From Dictyostelium discoideum (taxonomy: Eukaryota): 64,000 bases of DNA. Below, piece after piece: positions 51,726 through 64,000 of this stretch. Position numbers and translations under genes: made by a program. The notes under the pieces are model-generated. The model was not told the origin of the DNA and searched no databases. It was given only the letters and a program-made list of their open reading frames with translations. Position 1 is the first letter of the stretch. Each line of letters starts with the position of its first letter. Where the stretch lies: contig CM000155.2 of the NCBI GenBank assembly GCA_000004695.1, positions 2,688,001-2,752,000 of the forward strand. The letters are read 5' to 3'.

Positions 51726-52511
51726 TTATTTCTTTTTTTTATTACCATTATTATTATTGCTATTAAGTTTTGGTAATTTTGGTAATTTTGGTCTAACTTT
51801 TAAACACATTAAAAAGAAAGAAAAGATTGAAGAGATGACAGATAATACTGATTTATGTTTACTTGTTAAAAAGAATAATGCAGAGAAATCTAATAAAGAG
51901 ATGATATAAGATACTATTAAACCCATATAAGCAAATTTTGAGAATATTTCAGATTGAGTTGAAAGTACATAAGTATTGAATAATAATAAAAAGAAATTCA
52001 AAGTGAGTGATAAATTTATAAGTATTGATTTAGTTGATTTCTCTTTTTGAATTAATGCCAATAATGAAATTAAGCATTGGAAAATTGCAACTAATGATAC
52101 CATTAATGTATACATTGTTACAACTGATATTAAAATTGGATTTTGATATAATGGTATAAATTCATTATTATTGTTATTGTTATTATTGTCAATTTGGAAT
52201 TCATTTTGATTATCTAATAAATTATTATCATATGTACTATATTGTTCTTCTGTATTGATATTATTATTATTATTATTATTATTTGAAATACTACTATCTG
52301 TATTGTTGAATAAACCAAGGTCTGATTTTGAATAATTTAATAAAGTTATCAAATTAGATGGTTGATAAAATCCAAATCCACCTAAAATTAAATATATGAA
52401 ACAATCGAATCTTAAATAAACATCAATAATAAATTCTCTACTTTTGAACATAACTTCATATAATGTTTTCTTTTTTTGGACTTCTGTTGGTTTTGGTTTT
52501 GTTTCTACCAT
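51726..52511 (-). CDS. Multi-pass transmembrane protein of 261 aa with an Asn-rich loop. Function unknown.
   Basis: The ORF is continuous. Four or five hydrophobic helices are evident (FIIDVYLRFDCFIYLILGGFGF; ILISVVTMYTLMVSLVAIFQCLISLLALI; LTLNFFLLLFNTYVL; MGLIVSYIISLLDFSALFFL; VISSIFSFFLMCL). Confidence 0.5.
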   Translation of the reverse strand: MVETKPKPTEVQKKKTLYEVMFKSREFIIDVYLRFDCFIYLILGGFGFYQPSNLITLLNYSKSDLGLFNNTDSSISNNNNNNNNINTEEQYSTYDNNLLDNQNEFQIDNNNNNNNNEFIPLYQNPILISVVTMYTLMVSLVAIFQCLISLLALIQKEKSTKSILINLSLTLNFFLLLFNTYVLSTQSEIFSKFAYMGLIVSYIISLLDFSALFFLTSKHKSVLSVISSIFSFFLMCLKVRPKLPKLPKLNSNNNNGNKKKK

Positions 52512-53327
52512 TTTTTTATTTTTATTTTCTTTTATGTATAAAAAAAAAAGATATATATAATTGATTTTTTAAATTACAAAAATGTAAATGTAATTTAATT
52601 TTAAAAATAAATAAGATATACAAATCGACCGAATGAAAAAATGAAAAACAAAAAAACAAATTAAAAAAAAAAAAAACTGAAAAAAAAAAAAAAAAAAAAA
52701 AAATTATAAAAAAAAAAAAAAAAATCCCAGGATTCAGTATTTAAGTATGAAATAATTTGTTTATTTTTAAAATGTTCGTTTATTTTAAAATAAACAAAAA
52801 ACTGGGATCAAAAATATCTTGGGAAAATAAAAGAATTAATGAAATGAAATGAATTTTATTTTGGTAATGTTTAAATTTTTTATTTTTTTTTGTTAGGCAA
52901 ACATGGACAATAAAATATGTCATTGTAATTGTATTTGATTTATTTGTTTATTTATTTATTTTTGGCGGTTTGCTTTTTTTTTTTTTGTGAACATACTTTT
53001 TTAATTAAAAATTTAATTTAAAAAATATAAAAAAAAATAAAAAAAAAATAAAAAAAAAATATTTGGTTCACAGAACAAAAGACCAATTATTAAAATATTA
53101 AAATAAAATCTATCTTAAAGTTTTTATTTTTAAATAACAATTACATAATATGTTTATTTATTTATTTCTTTTAATTTAGTTTATTTTAATTTTCTTTTTT
53201 ACCATCTTTGTTATTTTTTATCATTTTTTTTTTTTTCATTTTTTTTCACTTTTTTTATTTTTTATTTTTATTTTCTTTTTTTTTAAAAACAGTTAAATAA
53301 TAGCACAAATAAGTATTTTTTAAAAAA

Positions 53328-54563
53328 ATGGCAACGCCTTATAGAGAGAAAATTGAAAAAATGAGTTCAGAGGTTATTGATAGTAACCCATACTCAAGAT
53401 TAATGGCATTAAAGAAAATGGGTATTGTTAATAATTATGAAGTATGATTGAACAACAAAAATAGAAAGTATATGTATATATATTTTTAAAATTATTATTA
53501 ATTTTATTTTTATTTTAAAAAAAAAAAAAAGAATATTAGAAATTTATCAGTTATAATTGTTGGATTAGGCGGTATTGGTAGTGTTGCAGCAGAAATGTTA
53601 ACAAGATGTGGTATTGGTAAATTATTATTATTTGACTATGATACTGTTGAAATTGCAAATATGAATAGATTATTTTTTAGACCTGAACAATCTGGTAAGA
53701 GTAAAACTATGGCAGCACAAGAAACTTTATCATCAATTAATCCAGATGTTCAATTTGAGTCACATAATTATAATATCACCACCATTGATAATTTCGAGCA
53801 TTTCAAAGGACGTATTGAAAAGGGTGGTTTGGTAGAAGGTGAGCCTGTGGATTTAGTATTGGGATGTGTTGATAATTTCGAAGCACGTACAGCAATAAAT
53901 CAAGCATGTTTAGAATTGGGTAAAAGTTGGATGGAGAGTGGTGTATCAGAGAATGCAATCTCTGGTCATATCCAATTGATCATACCTGGTGAAAGTGCTT
54001 GTTTCCAATGTGTACCACCATTGATTGTTGCAAGTGGTATCGATGAACGTACATTAAAACGTGAGGGTGTTTGTGCAGCTTCGCTACCAACAACTATGGG
54101 TATAGTTGCAGGTATGTTGGTTCAAAATACTCTCAAATATTTATTAAAATTTGGTGAAGTCTCTTCATTATTAGGTTATAATGCATTATTAGATTACTTT
54201 CCAAAAGATAACATGAAACCTAATCCAGAATGTTCAAATTCATTTTGTATTATTCATCAACAAAAATATAAAGAATTTTTAAAAAATAATCCAAAAGAAA
54301 ATTTAATTCAAAATAATAATAATAATAATATTAATAATAATGAAAAGAAATCTACATATGAAAATGAATGGGGTATTGAATTAATTGAAACTTCTGAAGA
54401 TTTTAATAATAATAATAATAATAATAACAAACCTTCAAATAATTCATTCGAATTTTCTTATGATAAAAAACCAACTGTAGAATTAAATGAACAATCAACT
54501 GTGAAAGTAAACTCATCTTCAAATCTTGAAGATTTAATGAATCAATTAAAAAATATGAAATAA
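53328..54563 (+). CDS. uba5: Ubiquitin-like modifier-activating enzyme 5 (UBA5, the E1 for UFM1), join(53328..53441,53532..54563), about 381 aa.
   Basis: Exon 1 [38 protein letters not shown] ends at GTATGA. After a 90-nt intron, exon 2 begins [49 protein letters not shown]... and continues ...[58 protein letters not shown]. This is near-colinear with metazoan UBA5. Confidence 0.85.
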
Positions 54564-55222
54564 AATAAAAATAAATTAAAACAATAATAAAAATGAAAAT
54601 AAAAATAAAAATAAAAATAAAAATTTTATTTTATCTTGATTTCTTGAATTTTTATTTTTTTTTTATTTTTATTTTTATTTTTTTATTTTAATTTTATCTT
54701 GATTTCTTGAAAAGTATTTTCATACAAGGTTACAATGATTAAAAAAATGAAAAAAATTTTTTAATAATTTTAAAAAATTAACTTCACAAATCAATTATTA
54801 GGAGATCTAAATCTTCCTATGTGGCATTCAAACGATAATTTTGGTCTGAAAATTCTCATAATTATTTGAAATGTTTGTAAAAAAGAAAAAAAAAAAAAAA
54901 TTAAAAAAAAATAAAATTTATTAAATTAGGCACCCCCATATAAAAAAGAAAAAAAAAATTAAAATTAAAATAAACAAAAAAAAAAAAAAAATTATTTCAG
55001 TTAAAAACCCAGTACTACTGTTTTTTCTTTTAAAACCCTTTACAAAAGAAAAAAAAAAAAAATAAAAAAAACAATCAATCACTTTTTTTTTTTTTTTTTC
55101 TGATTGCCCTACATATATGCAATCAATAATAAAGGTTTTTAAAAACAAATAATTTAATCGACTTTTTTTTTTTTTTTTTTTTTTACACAAACAAAAGAAA
55201 AAAAAAAACAAAACGAAACAAA

Positions 55223-58200
55223 ATGTTTTCCCAATTTAAACAAATCATAGGTATGATATTTAATTGATTATTTATTTATTTTTATTTCATTTTTATTTTT
55301 TTATATTTTTATTTTTGAATAATAATAATTAAATAAATTATATGTTAACATTTTTTTTTATTTTTTTTTTTTATATTATTTTTATTTTTTTTTTATTATT
55401 ATTATTAAATTAGATTCAAAAATTGATAATAAAGTTAATACAATCAGTAAAAAGATTCAAAATAAATTAGTAATATTAAATGGAGCAGGAGGATCACCAA
55501 ATAAAGGTAATAAGGATAGAAATTTTAAATTATCATTTTCAAGTATGATATTTATACCACCACCATTACCAACAATACAAAGTGATCCAAATTTATTTAA
55601 AGGTGCACCAGAGACAGAGATGAGTCAATATAGTGAGAATGGATTTTCATTCTATTATGAAGAGTTTGAGGAGGTGGGAATGACAGCACCAAATTTAATA
55701 GTACAACAAAATATACCAAACATTCACCCAGAACCATTGGAAGGTATGCATCCGTATGGATTTAATTTTGAAGAGTATAATCAAAGAAGGGCGAATATGA
55801 ATTTAAATCATGCAAATGTAGATTGTAAACCACATTTCCTACGTATTCAAAATGAGAATCCAATAAAGAATTATGCAATGACACCAACTAATCAAAGGAT
55901 TTTAAGCAAGGCAGAGTTGATGCAATGTTTGCAACCCACTAATATCACCTACATTTGCATCACCGATCAATCGTTTACCAATAAGGAGAGAAGAGCGTTC
56001 TTGAAGAAACTTGCTCAGTTTAGTTCAGTTGAGACTTTGATTGTTAAAGGGTGTGGTATTAAAAGTTTTGCCAATGGTAGTAGATTCCCAGTACTACGTT
56101 TTGTTGATTTATCACAGAATAGTATTAAAAATTCATCAGGTATTAAGAAATTAATAAAATATTCACCATGGTTAGAATTTTTAAATTTAAGTGGTAATGG
56201 TATATCGGCATGCACGGAATTGGAGTGGAAACAACGTTGCAATCGTCTCCTATCGACATTGACTCAATTGGAGAATATAAATTCAAAAGCGATACCAATA
56301 GATGATCGTATTGGTGCAATTTCATTATATGGTCCAACCAATAGAAAACAACAATTGGAGAAAATCAGATGGGAACTTCATTTAGATTCATTGGCTGATG
56401 TTAGAGCATTGAGACCCATTCATCCAGGTTGGCAACCACAAGGTATACTTCATATTCAATTGAATAATTGCCAATTACGTCATTTCTACATTGGTGCAAT
56501 GGTAAATTTAAATAGTTTAGATTTATCAAGAAATCTTTTAACTGATATCTCTTTTAGTGGTATTGAAAAATGTACATATCTACAATATTGTAATCTATCA
56601 AATAATCAATTGGCTCGTGTAGATACTACTTGTCAAATGTTTGAATTCACTCCATCGATTCGTTGTGTTGTACTATCAGGTAATCCAGCTACCTTTTCGA
56701 GAGATCTCTATAAAAAGGAGTTAATTTATCGTACTAGAAATGGGTGTGGTACAAATAGATCATTGGGTATTCAACAAATTGATACGGAAATGATATCGAT
56801 AGATAATAAAGTTTCGACAATTCATGAATATGAATTAAAGACAAGTGGTAATCAAGAGGTTGCAAATAAAGTCTCATCAGAACTACGTTGGAAATTATTA
56901 ATAATTGAAAGGTTTGGTCATAAACAGTTACAAAGTATTCCAAACTTTTTCGATAGCATTAGACATATTGCATTCCCAAAATCAAATATTCAAATGGTTG
57001 ATGTATTTTGTTTTAAGAATATTGAAATCATTGATTTCAGTGGTAATGATCTATTCCAATTCAATGGTTTAAGAGCATTATATTCTTTACGTGTACTTTT
57101 ATTACAAGATAATCCAAGATTGGATACGAAATCAGTCACTGATCAATTGGATCAATTGGAAAGTTTAGAATCTATAAATTTATCGGTAAATGGTGATCAG
57201 ACACATCAAAGGTATCCAAAGAATACTCAAAACTCTCAATACAGAGCATTGGTACTTGGAGTGGTGATACCAAAGAATCGATCATTCATTCTATTGGATA
57301 ATAATGTTATTTCAAATTTAGAACGTGTTGAAGCCTATAGAAACGCAGGTTACTCTAATGATTTAGTCGAACGTTATAGATTCTTTTTAGCATTGACAAT
57401 TAATTGCACTCTACCATTTGGTCGTCAAGTTTATCCTGATCAAGTTGAAATTGGTAAACAATATGATCCAACACAAGTTACAATTCTTAGAAGGCTAAGA
57501 GAATGGCAATTGACTTCAGAGTTTATCAATTTCTCTTACTTTACAAATGTTCAAGAAATTGATTTAACCAATAATCGTCTAACTGATATTTTAAATATTG
57601 GTTTACAACAATTGAATAATCTTTCAAAACTTTGTTTAATTAATAATCAAATTAATAATCCATTACCATTGATAGCTCAATTATTGGATTCAATAAAGTC
57701 ATTGGAGATCATTGCAATTCGTGGTAATCCTTGTATGAGAAGCCCAAATGATAGATTATCATTGATTGGTCATATGTCAACAATGAAGTCAATTACAGAA
57801 TCAACATTAAAAGTAATAGATACTGAAATTACAATCTATGATAAAGTTGAAGGTTGGAAACTAGTTGGTGGTCCTTTAAAAGATGCTGAAATTTTAAAAT
57901 TAAATTATATCGTTAAATTTAAATCAATAGATTTATTCGATCATCATTCTTTATTTAATTTAGAACTTTGTGATTGTGCTTTAGAATATTTAGATATTAC
58001 ACCATTTATAAATTTAAGAACACTATTGTTAGCAAATAATAAATTTAAATTATTATCAAATATAGTTGGTTTGGGTAGTGGTAGTTGTCAACAATTGTTT
58101 GCATTGGATTTAAGAAATAATCAATTGGATTCAATGTCTGATTTTAAAACATTGCTATTATCATCATCATTACCACAATTATCAGTTATTGGTTTATCAG

Positions 58201-58940
58201 GTAACGGTTTCACTAAATCATCAACTAGTCAAACTTTTAATTATCGTTCAAAATTCTTGGCTTTAATTACACCATTATCTCAATCTCATCTCTATCCATT
58301 GTCAATGTTGGATTCAAATGAAATCACTCCTGATGAAATTAATGATTGTCAACCATTGGTTGGTGTTGATAAAAAGGAATCGTTATTTAATATTTGTCTA
58401 TTAAGAAGATCAACTTCTCCTGATTTCTTTAATTTAACTGAATTGGATTTATCAGGTTGTAATGTAACATTTTGTAATTTTGGTTTACTTCAAAATTTAA
58501 TTATACTCTCATTATCAGATAATAATATCTCTGATTCAAATTTAAAAGATAGTAGTATCTCTTCTTTAAATAATCTTAAAGCTTTAGATTTAAGAAATAA
58601 TAGATTAAAAGATTTATCAATTTTATGTAAAATTATTGATTTATTAAATATTGAAGTAAGTAAAAATATTAATAATTATTTATAATAAATTATAAATTAT
58701 AAATAATAAATAATAATAATAATATTAACTATTTTTTTTTTATTTATTTATTATTATTATAATTATTATTAGACATTATTTGTTGAAGAAAATTCATGTT
58801 TTGAAAAAGATACTCCAAAAGATAGAATTAAATTCTTTAAAAAATTAACAAATTCCAGAGTTTTATCAACTATGAAATATTTAAATGGTTCTGAAGTAAC
58901 TTCAAATGATACTATTAAATTTAATAATAAAAAGAAATAA
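55223..58940 (+). CDS. Large leucine-rich-repeat (LRR) protein of about 1145 aa, join(55223..55250,55414..58655,58773..58940). The first micro-exon is tentative.
   Basis: Many LRR units (L..L.L..N.I..I; e.g. LRVLLLQDNPRLD, LDLRNNQLDSMSD, LDLSGCNVTFCNFGLLQNLIILSLSDNNISD). The 3' junction is clear: ...LLNIE|GTAAGT with acceptor TTATTAG|ACA TTA TTT GTT GAA..., giving TLFVEENSCFEKD...KFNNKKK*. The 5' exon ATG TTT TCC CAA TTT AAA CAA ATC ATA G|GTATGA joins TTAAATTAG|AT TCA AAA in phase. Confidence 0.65.
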
Positions 58941-59655
58941 ATAAATAGTTTTTTAGAATTGTAAATCTTAACAATGACCAAGATTTTTTTTTTTTTTTTT
59001 TTTTTTTTGGAAAATAAAATTTAAAAAGAGATATTACAATTATTTTAAAAAGATTTAAAAAAAAAAAAATGTTTTTTAATATTCATAGCTATGATTTTAG
59101 TTTTAAAATTTTGAATCTTCCCTGTATTAAAAAGAACTGTAGAAAAAGAAAATTATTTTACTAATTATTATTTTTTATTTCTATTAAAATTTTTAAAAAG
59201 TATACATACAAACTTTTTCAAATCTTCCAAAAATATAATGATATTCTTTGTTCCTTAACCAATTTGAACCAAAATAAACTAAAAAAAAATGATTTATCTT
59301 TATTATTAATATTTTAAATCATTGTTTTAAAAAATTTGAATCTTTTCATTGTATTTTCTATGTAAAAGAGAAAAAAAATCAAATAATTCAGAAAAACAAT
59401 TAAAAAAAAAAGAATTTAATTGATTTTTTACATAGAGAATATTGTAAAAGTATTCAAATGTTGAAAAAAGTAATCAAAAATTTCAATAATAAAGAATTAA
59501 ATCATTCTTTCAATTTGTTGTAGTTTATTTTGGTTATCTCTAATCAAATCTGATAACAATAAATATAATCTAAATATTGATGTGCTTTATTTATATTACC
59601 ATTTGCATATCTATGTTTAAATTGATTCTTTAAACTTTTATGAATGCATCATCCA

Positions 59656-59689
<34 letters not shown>

Positions 59690-60332
59690 AAATTATCGAT
59701 AAATTGGTATTTTTATTTATTTTTTATTTATTTATTATTAGTATTATAGTTTTTAAAAAGTTTACTTAGTAACTTTTGGATCATTATTCCTAGGAAACAT
59801 TAATATTATTCTTTTCTTTTCAGAGTTTAAATATTTCATTCGCTCTAGAGATTGAATCAATTGGAGAAAGATAAAACATTGAATAATATCACTTTTACCA
59901 GGACCATTGGCTACATTAAAATTGATTACATCTAAAAGCATGATTCTAGATCCATTTGTAGTTTCTTAATCTCCAATATACAAATATTTTTTTTTATTTT
60001 TTTTTTTTTTATAGTAGCATTTAATTAAAATGGGAGATTCGATGTATCATTTTGAAAACAATTATTTGGTGTATATAAAATTGTTTCTAAATTAATATTT
60101 ACCTCTTTTTTTTTTTTTTAATAAATAAATTATAAAAATTATTAAAAAAAAAAAGTAAAAAAAAAAAAAAAAGTGTTGAAAAAAAAAATTAAAACCAGAA
60201 AAAAGAATTAAATAAATAACCAAAAAAAAATAAATAAATTTTCTATTCAAGTATCTCAATCAAATTAATTTTTTTTATTTTTTTTTTTTTAAAAAATCTA
60301 TTTATTAAATATATTTCTTCTCATTGTTATTC

Positions 60333-60363
<31 letters not shown>

Positions 60364-60517
60364 CCGATTCAGTTCCTAAAATAATCCGTATTTAAAAAAA
60401 ATGATTAAAAAAATATAAAAAAATAAAAAGAAAGCATTGATTTTTTAAAAAAAAGAATTTAATTGTGTTTAATTAATTTTTTTTTTTAATTTTTGGTGGA
60501 GGGGTTTTGGAAAAGTG

Positions 60518-60557
<40 letters not shown>

Positions 60558-60674
60558 AAAAATAAATATTTTTTTTTTTTTTTTTTTTTTTTTCATAAAC
60601 ACACAAACCATCAGATTTTTTTTTTTTTTCTTTTATTTATTTATTTTTTTTCATTACCTTTTAATTTAAAAATC

Positions 60675-61012
60675 ATGTCTGAAATTAATGTAAAATTGGT
60701 TAGCTTAAGAAATGTTATTTTAAAAGAACATTTATTTAATATGCAAAATTCTAAATTACCAGTAACACAAATTTGTAAACATTTTCAAATTAAAGATTTA
60801 GTTTGGTCTGATATTGACGAACCTTTACCAGCCGATGACAATGGTTATTCTAAAATGAGTAAGTTTTTATTATTAGTTATTCTAACCTTTTTTTAACATG
60901 TTTAATTTCTTACTTTTTTTTTTTAAAAAAAAAAAAACAAAAAAAAAAAAAAAAAAAAAAAAAAGCATTTGCAGGAATGAAATCAATCAATGTTCGTGGA
61001 ACTGCATTGTAA
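60675..61012 (+). CDS. Small hypothetical protein of about 77 aa with two exons (60675..60858, then about 60966..61012).
   Basis: ATG at 60675. The ORF MSEINVKLVSLRNVILKEHLF...DIDEPLPADDNGYSKM ends at A|GTAAGT. Two candidate acceptors (AAAAG at 60964-60965 or TTTGCAG at 60973-60974) lead in the same frame to ...MKSINVRGTAL*. No family was recognised. Confidence 0.3.
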
Positions 61013-61396
61013 TCTTAAAAATTGTAATATACACAATATAGAAAAAAAACAAATAAAAAACAATATTTATATTAGAAATGATTTATTTTATTTTATTTTA
61101 TTTTATTTTATTTTATTTTATTTTATTTTATTTTATTTTTTTTTTTTTTGGTATAATGGATAATTAAATATTTGGATTTAAGTAAAATGAAAAGATATTT
61201 CAGTTATTCAAAGGAATTAATAAAGGAGAGGTTAACTCTCAATTTATTAGGTTAATAAATTAAAATTAAAATTAAAATGTTTAGATAAATTATAAAAAAA
61301 AGTAAAAAAAAAGTAAAATTAAAATAGGAATTAATTTTTTTTTTTAAAGAAAAAACTTTAAAAAAAACTCTAATTTATTTAAATTTAGTAGAAAAG

Positions 61397-61774
61397 TTAA
61401 CAACATCTACGACGACGACCAATATCGATATCAATATTAATGATATTGGCGTTTGAACCGCCACAACTACCATTAAAACCACCAATACCACCCCATCCAC
61501 TTAAACCACTCCATCCAGCTAAACCACCACTACCACCACTACCACCACTACCACCACAACCACCATCAAAACATGAAATTGAATTATCATTACTAGCAAA
61601 TCCATTAAGATTAGAGGCACCAATTGAACTTCCCATTGAACCAGTTGAATTTGAAATTGATGAAATTGATTCTATTAAATATTAAGTTTTAATAGTAAGT
61701 AAATGATAGGTTACTATTTTTAAAAAAAGAGAAAAATGAAAAAAATAATAATAATATTTACTAAAAATTGCCAT
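61397..61774 (-). CDS. HssA/B-like (hsl/sigN-type) small Gly/Ser-rich protein of about 95 aa, complement(join(61397..61671,61762..61774)).
   Basis: A 13-nt first exon ATG GCA ATT TTT A|GTAAAT, then a 90-nt intron and acceptor ATTTAATAG. The product reads [24 protein letters not shown]...[14 protein letters not shown]...[18 protein letters not shown]. The MxI-SISSISN start is the hallmark of this Dictyostelium small-protein family. Confidence 0.65.
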
Positions 61775-62082
61775 TTATTTGTGTATTTTTTTTTTTTATA
61801 ACTTTTTTTTTTTAAAATGATTTTATTTTTTTTTTTTTCAATATAAATAGTCTATTAAATTGTTTGATTAATTTATTTTAAAATTAAAATTTATTATAAA
61901 ACAACAAAATATGTGTTTTAAATATTTTTTTTTCTTTTTAAACAAGTCTATTTCAACTTTTTTTTATATTTTATTTTATTTTTTTAAAATTAAAAAACTA
62001 TAAATTCTTTTTTTTTTTTTTTTTTTTTAAAAATAAATAAATAAATAAAATACAAATAAAAAAACAAATAAATATCAAACAA

Positions 62083-62421
62083 ATGACAATTTTTAGTAAA
62101 TATTTTTTTATTCCTAATTAATAATAGTAAATACTTGAAAATATTAAATTACTAATAATTTTTATAATAATAAATAATTTAGATTCAATTTCATCAATTT
62201 CAAATCCAACCAGAACAGCATTAAGTTCAATCAACACCTATAATTATAATGGATCATCTGTTAATGATAATTCAACAGCATATTTTGATAATGATTTTGG
62301 AGGATGGGGTGGTTTAGGTGATTTTGGTAATGGTAATGGTTGTGGAGGTGGTAGTTCAAATGTAAATGTTATTAACCTTGACATTGATTTTGGTCGTCGT
62401 CGTCATCGTAGATGTTGTTAA
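62083..62421 (+). CDS. HssA/B-like small Gly-rich protein of about 83 aa, join(62083..62095,62183..62421). It is divergent from the previous gene.
   Basis: ATG ACA ATT TTT A|GTAAAT, then acceptor ATAATTTAG. The product reads [83 protein letters not shown]. Confidence 0.65.
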
Positions 62422-62469
62422 TTCGCTTTAATTATTAAATAAATATTTTATACTTGCAATTTAGAAGTT

Positions 62470-62640
62470 AAATAGTTTTTTTTTTTTTTTTTTTTTTTAT
62501 AATGGCTATTAATACATATGCAAGGTTTAATAAATATTGAATGTAAAATAAATAACGCAATTGTTATTTTCCTCTCCTTGAGATACTTATTTTCATTTTA
62601 TTTATTGTTTTTTAATTCTTAATAGCATGCTAGTTGTTGA
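62470..62640 (-). mobile_element. Retroelement 3'-terminal (C-module-like) fragment with an oligo(A) tail on the minus strand, located inside the hsl gene cluster.
   Basis: Plus strand 62556-62612, ataacgcaattgttattttcctctccttgagatacttattttcattttatt, is a variant of the motif ending the TRE5-type fragments at 38233-38290. The plus-strand T22 run at 62470-62491 equals poly(A) on the element strand. Confidence 0.35.
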
Positions 62641-62910
62641 TTTTTTTTTTTTTTTTTTTTTTTGTTCTTTCTTTTTTTTCTTTGATAGGGGAAAGTTGAA
62701 AGTTTATAATAAAAAAAGAATTAAATGATTGGAAAAAAGTAGAGTTTAAAAATTAAAAATAAAATAAAAATGTCTTGGTGAATTATTAAAATTAAAATAA
62801 AAAAAGTAAAATAAAAAAATAATAATAGTTATAATAACAGGGATTAAATTTTTAAAAAGAAGTTTTAAATGAAATATTTTATTTATTTAAATTTAAATTT
62901 TGTGAAATAA

Positions 62911-63252
62911 TTAACAACATCTACGATGACGACGGCCAATATCGATATCAATGTTTATGATATTTGCATTTGAACCACCACAACCAACATTAAAACCACC
63001 GATACCACCCCATCCACCTAAACCACCACCACCACCACCACCATCAAAACATGAAATTGAATTATCATTACTAGAAAATCCATCTTTACTAGAGAAACCA
63101 ATTGAACTTCCCATTGAACCAGTGGAATTTGAAATTGATTCTATATTATATTTAATTAGAATGGTTAGTAAATAGTTAGTTATTTTTTTAAAAATAAAAA
63201 AAAAAAAAAAAAAAGAAAATATAAAGAAATAGTATTTACTAAAAATTGCCAT
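62911..63252 (-). CDS. HssA/B-like small Gly-rich protein of about 80 aa, complement(join(62911..63140,63240..63252)).
   Basis: Same micro-exon structure: ATG GCA ATT TTT A|GTAAAT, a 99-nt intron (in-frame, so the ORF track reads through it) and acceptor ATATAATATAG. The product reads [80 protein letters not shown]. Confidence 0.65.
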   Translation of the reverse strand: MAIFSKYYFFIFSFFFFFFIFKKITNYLLTILIKYNIESISNSTGSMGSSIGFSSKDGFSSNDNSISCFDGGGGGGGLGGWGGIGGFNVGCGGSNANIINIDIDIGRRHRRCC

Positions 63253-63542
63253 TTTTTATATTTATTTGTTTATATGATTTTATTTTTATTTTTTTAAAAA
63301 TTTTTTTTCAATTAAAATAGTTTATTAAATTGATAGATTAATTTATTTAAAATAAAATAAAAAATTTAAATTTCCATTATTAAACAAAATTTGTGTATTA
63401 ATTATTTTAAGCAATTTTATAATCCTTTCAACTTTTTTTTTTTTTTTTTTCAAAAATTATAAATACTAATTTTTTTTTCATATTAAAAAAAAACAAATAA
63501 AAACAAATATACAAAAAAAAAATAAAATAAATATATCAAGAA

Positions 63543-63860
63543 ATGTCAATTTATTGTAAATATTCTATTTTTTAATATGAATATACTTAAAAATTTTAAT
63601 AACAATTTTAAAATAATAATTTATTAGATTCAATTTCCTCAATTTCAAATCCAACTAGAATGGCATTAAGTTCAATCAACACATATAGTTATAATGGATC
63701 ATATGTTAATGATAATTCAACAGCATATTTTGATAATGATTTTGGAGGATGGGGTGGTTTAGGTAATTTCGGTAATGGTAATGGTTGTGGTGGTAGTTCA
63801 AATGTAAATGTTATTAACCTTGACATTTATATTGGTCGTCGTCATCGTAGATGTTGTTAA
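63543..63860 (+). CDS. HssA/B-like small Gly-rich protein of about 81 aa, join(63543..63555,63628..63860).
   Basis: ATG TCA ATT TAT T|GTAAAT, then acceptor TTTATTAG. The product reads [81 protein letters not shown]. Confidence 0.65.
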
Positions 63861-64000
63861 TTCACTTTACTCTAATTAATAAATAAAATAATAATTTTTT
63901 TTTTATTATTATTTTAAAAGATATTATTCAAAAATTAATTTTATTATTTTTTTTTATATTTTTAGTATAAAATTTTTTTTTTTTTTTTTTTTTTTCCTTT

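Overview
This 64-kb window looks like Dictyostelium discoideum-type nuclear DNA. It is about 78% A+T, intergenic regions are dominated by long poly(A)/poly(T) tracts, and coding regions carry Asn/Gln/Ser homopolymers. Introns are short (80-160 nt) with GTAAGT-type donors and AG acceptors. The ORF track translates TTG/CTG/GTG starts as M, so I checked every start codon by eye. I read about 30 protein-coding genes on both strands, mostly with 1-5 exons, and about half with recognisable products. The named genes are a VPS35 C-terminus, ORC5, a PIF1 helicase with a C-terminal U-box, and a PQ-loop transporter. There is also an atypical protein kinase, a caspase-fold (paracaspase-like) protein, an acid-sphingomyelinase-like phosphodiesterase with a saposin domain, and a peroxisomal ABCD half-transporter. 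Further genes are an intronless bacterial-type DUF1697 gene, a secreted GHSMGG alpha/beta-hydrolase, a TRAF/MATH protein, a B-box + FNIP-repeat protein with a perfect 15-bp x11 tandem repeat, and a polyQ/SQ-repeat protein ending in tandem BRCT domains. A PH-domain protein, UBA5, a large LRR protein and four paralogous small HssA/B-like glycine-rich genes arranged as two divergent pairs complete the set. The accessory region at 37.7-43.7 kb contains tRNA-Leu(AAG) and tRNA-Glu(UUC), each with a downstream external B box. Each tRNA has a TRE5/DRE-type non-LTR retrotransposon about 50 bp upstream in head-to-head orientation. The element at tRNA-Leu has a B-module - ORF1 - B-module layout, and older 3' fragments are nested beyond it. 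A neighbouring EGF-repeat/IPT-TIG transmembrane gene carries three frameshifts and an in-frame TAG. A beta-helix gene is truncated at the tRNA/TE cluster. The stretch 43968-45250 is an N-gap followed by GA-rich, G-homopolymer sequence that is not Dictyostelium-like and is probably an assembly or read artefact. Splice-site coordinates are hand-derived and may be off by 1-2 nt.
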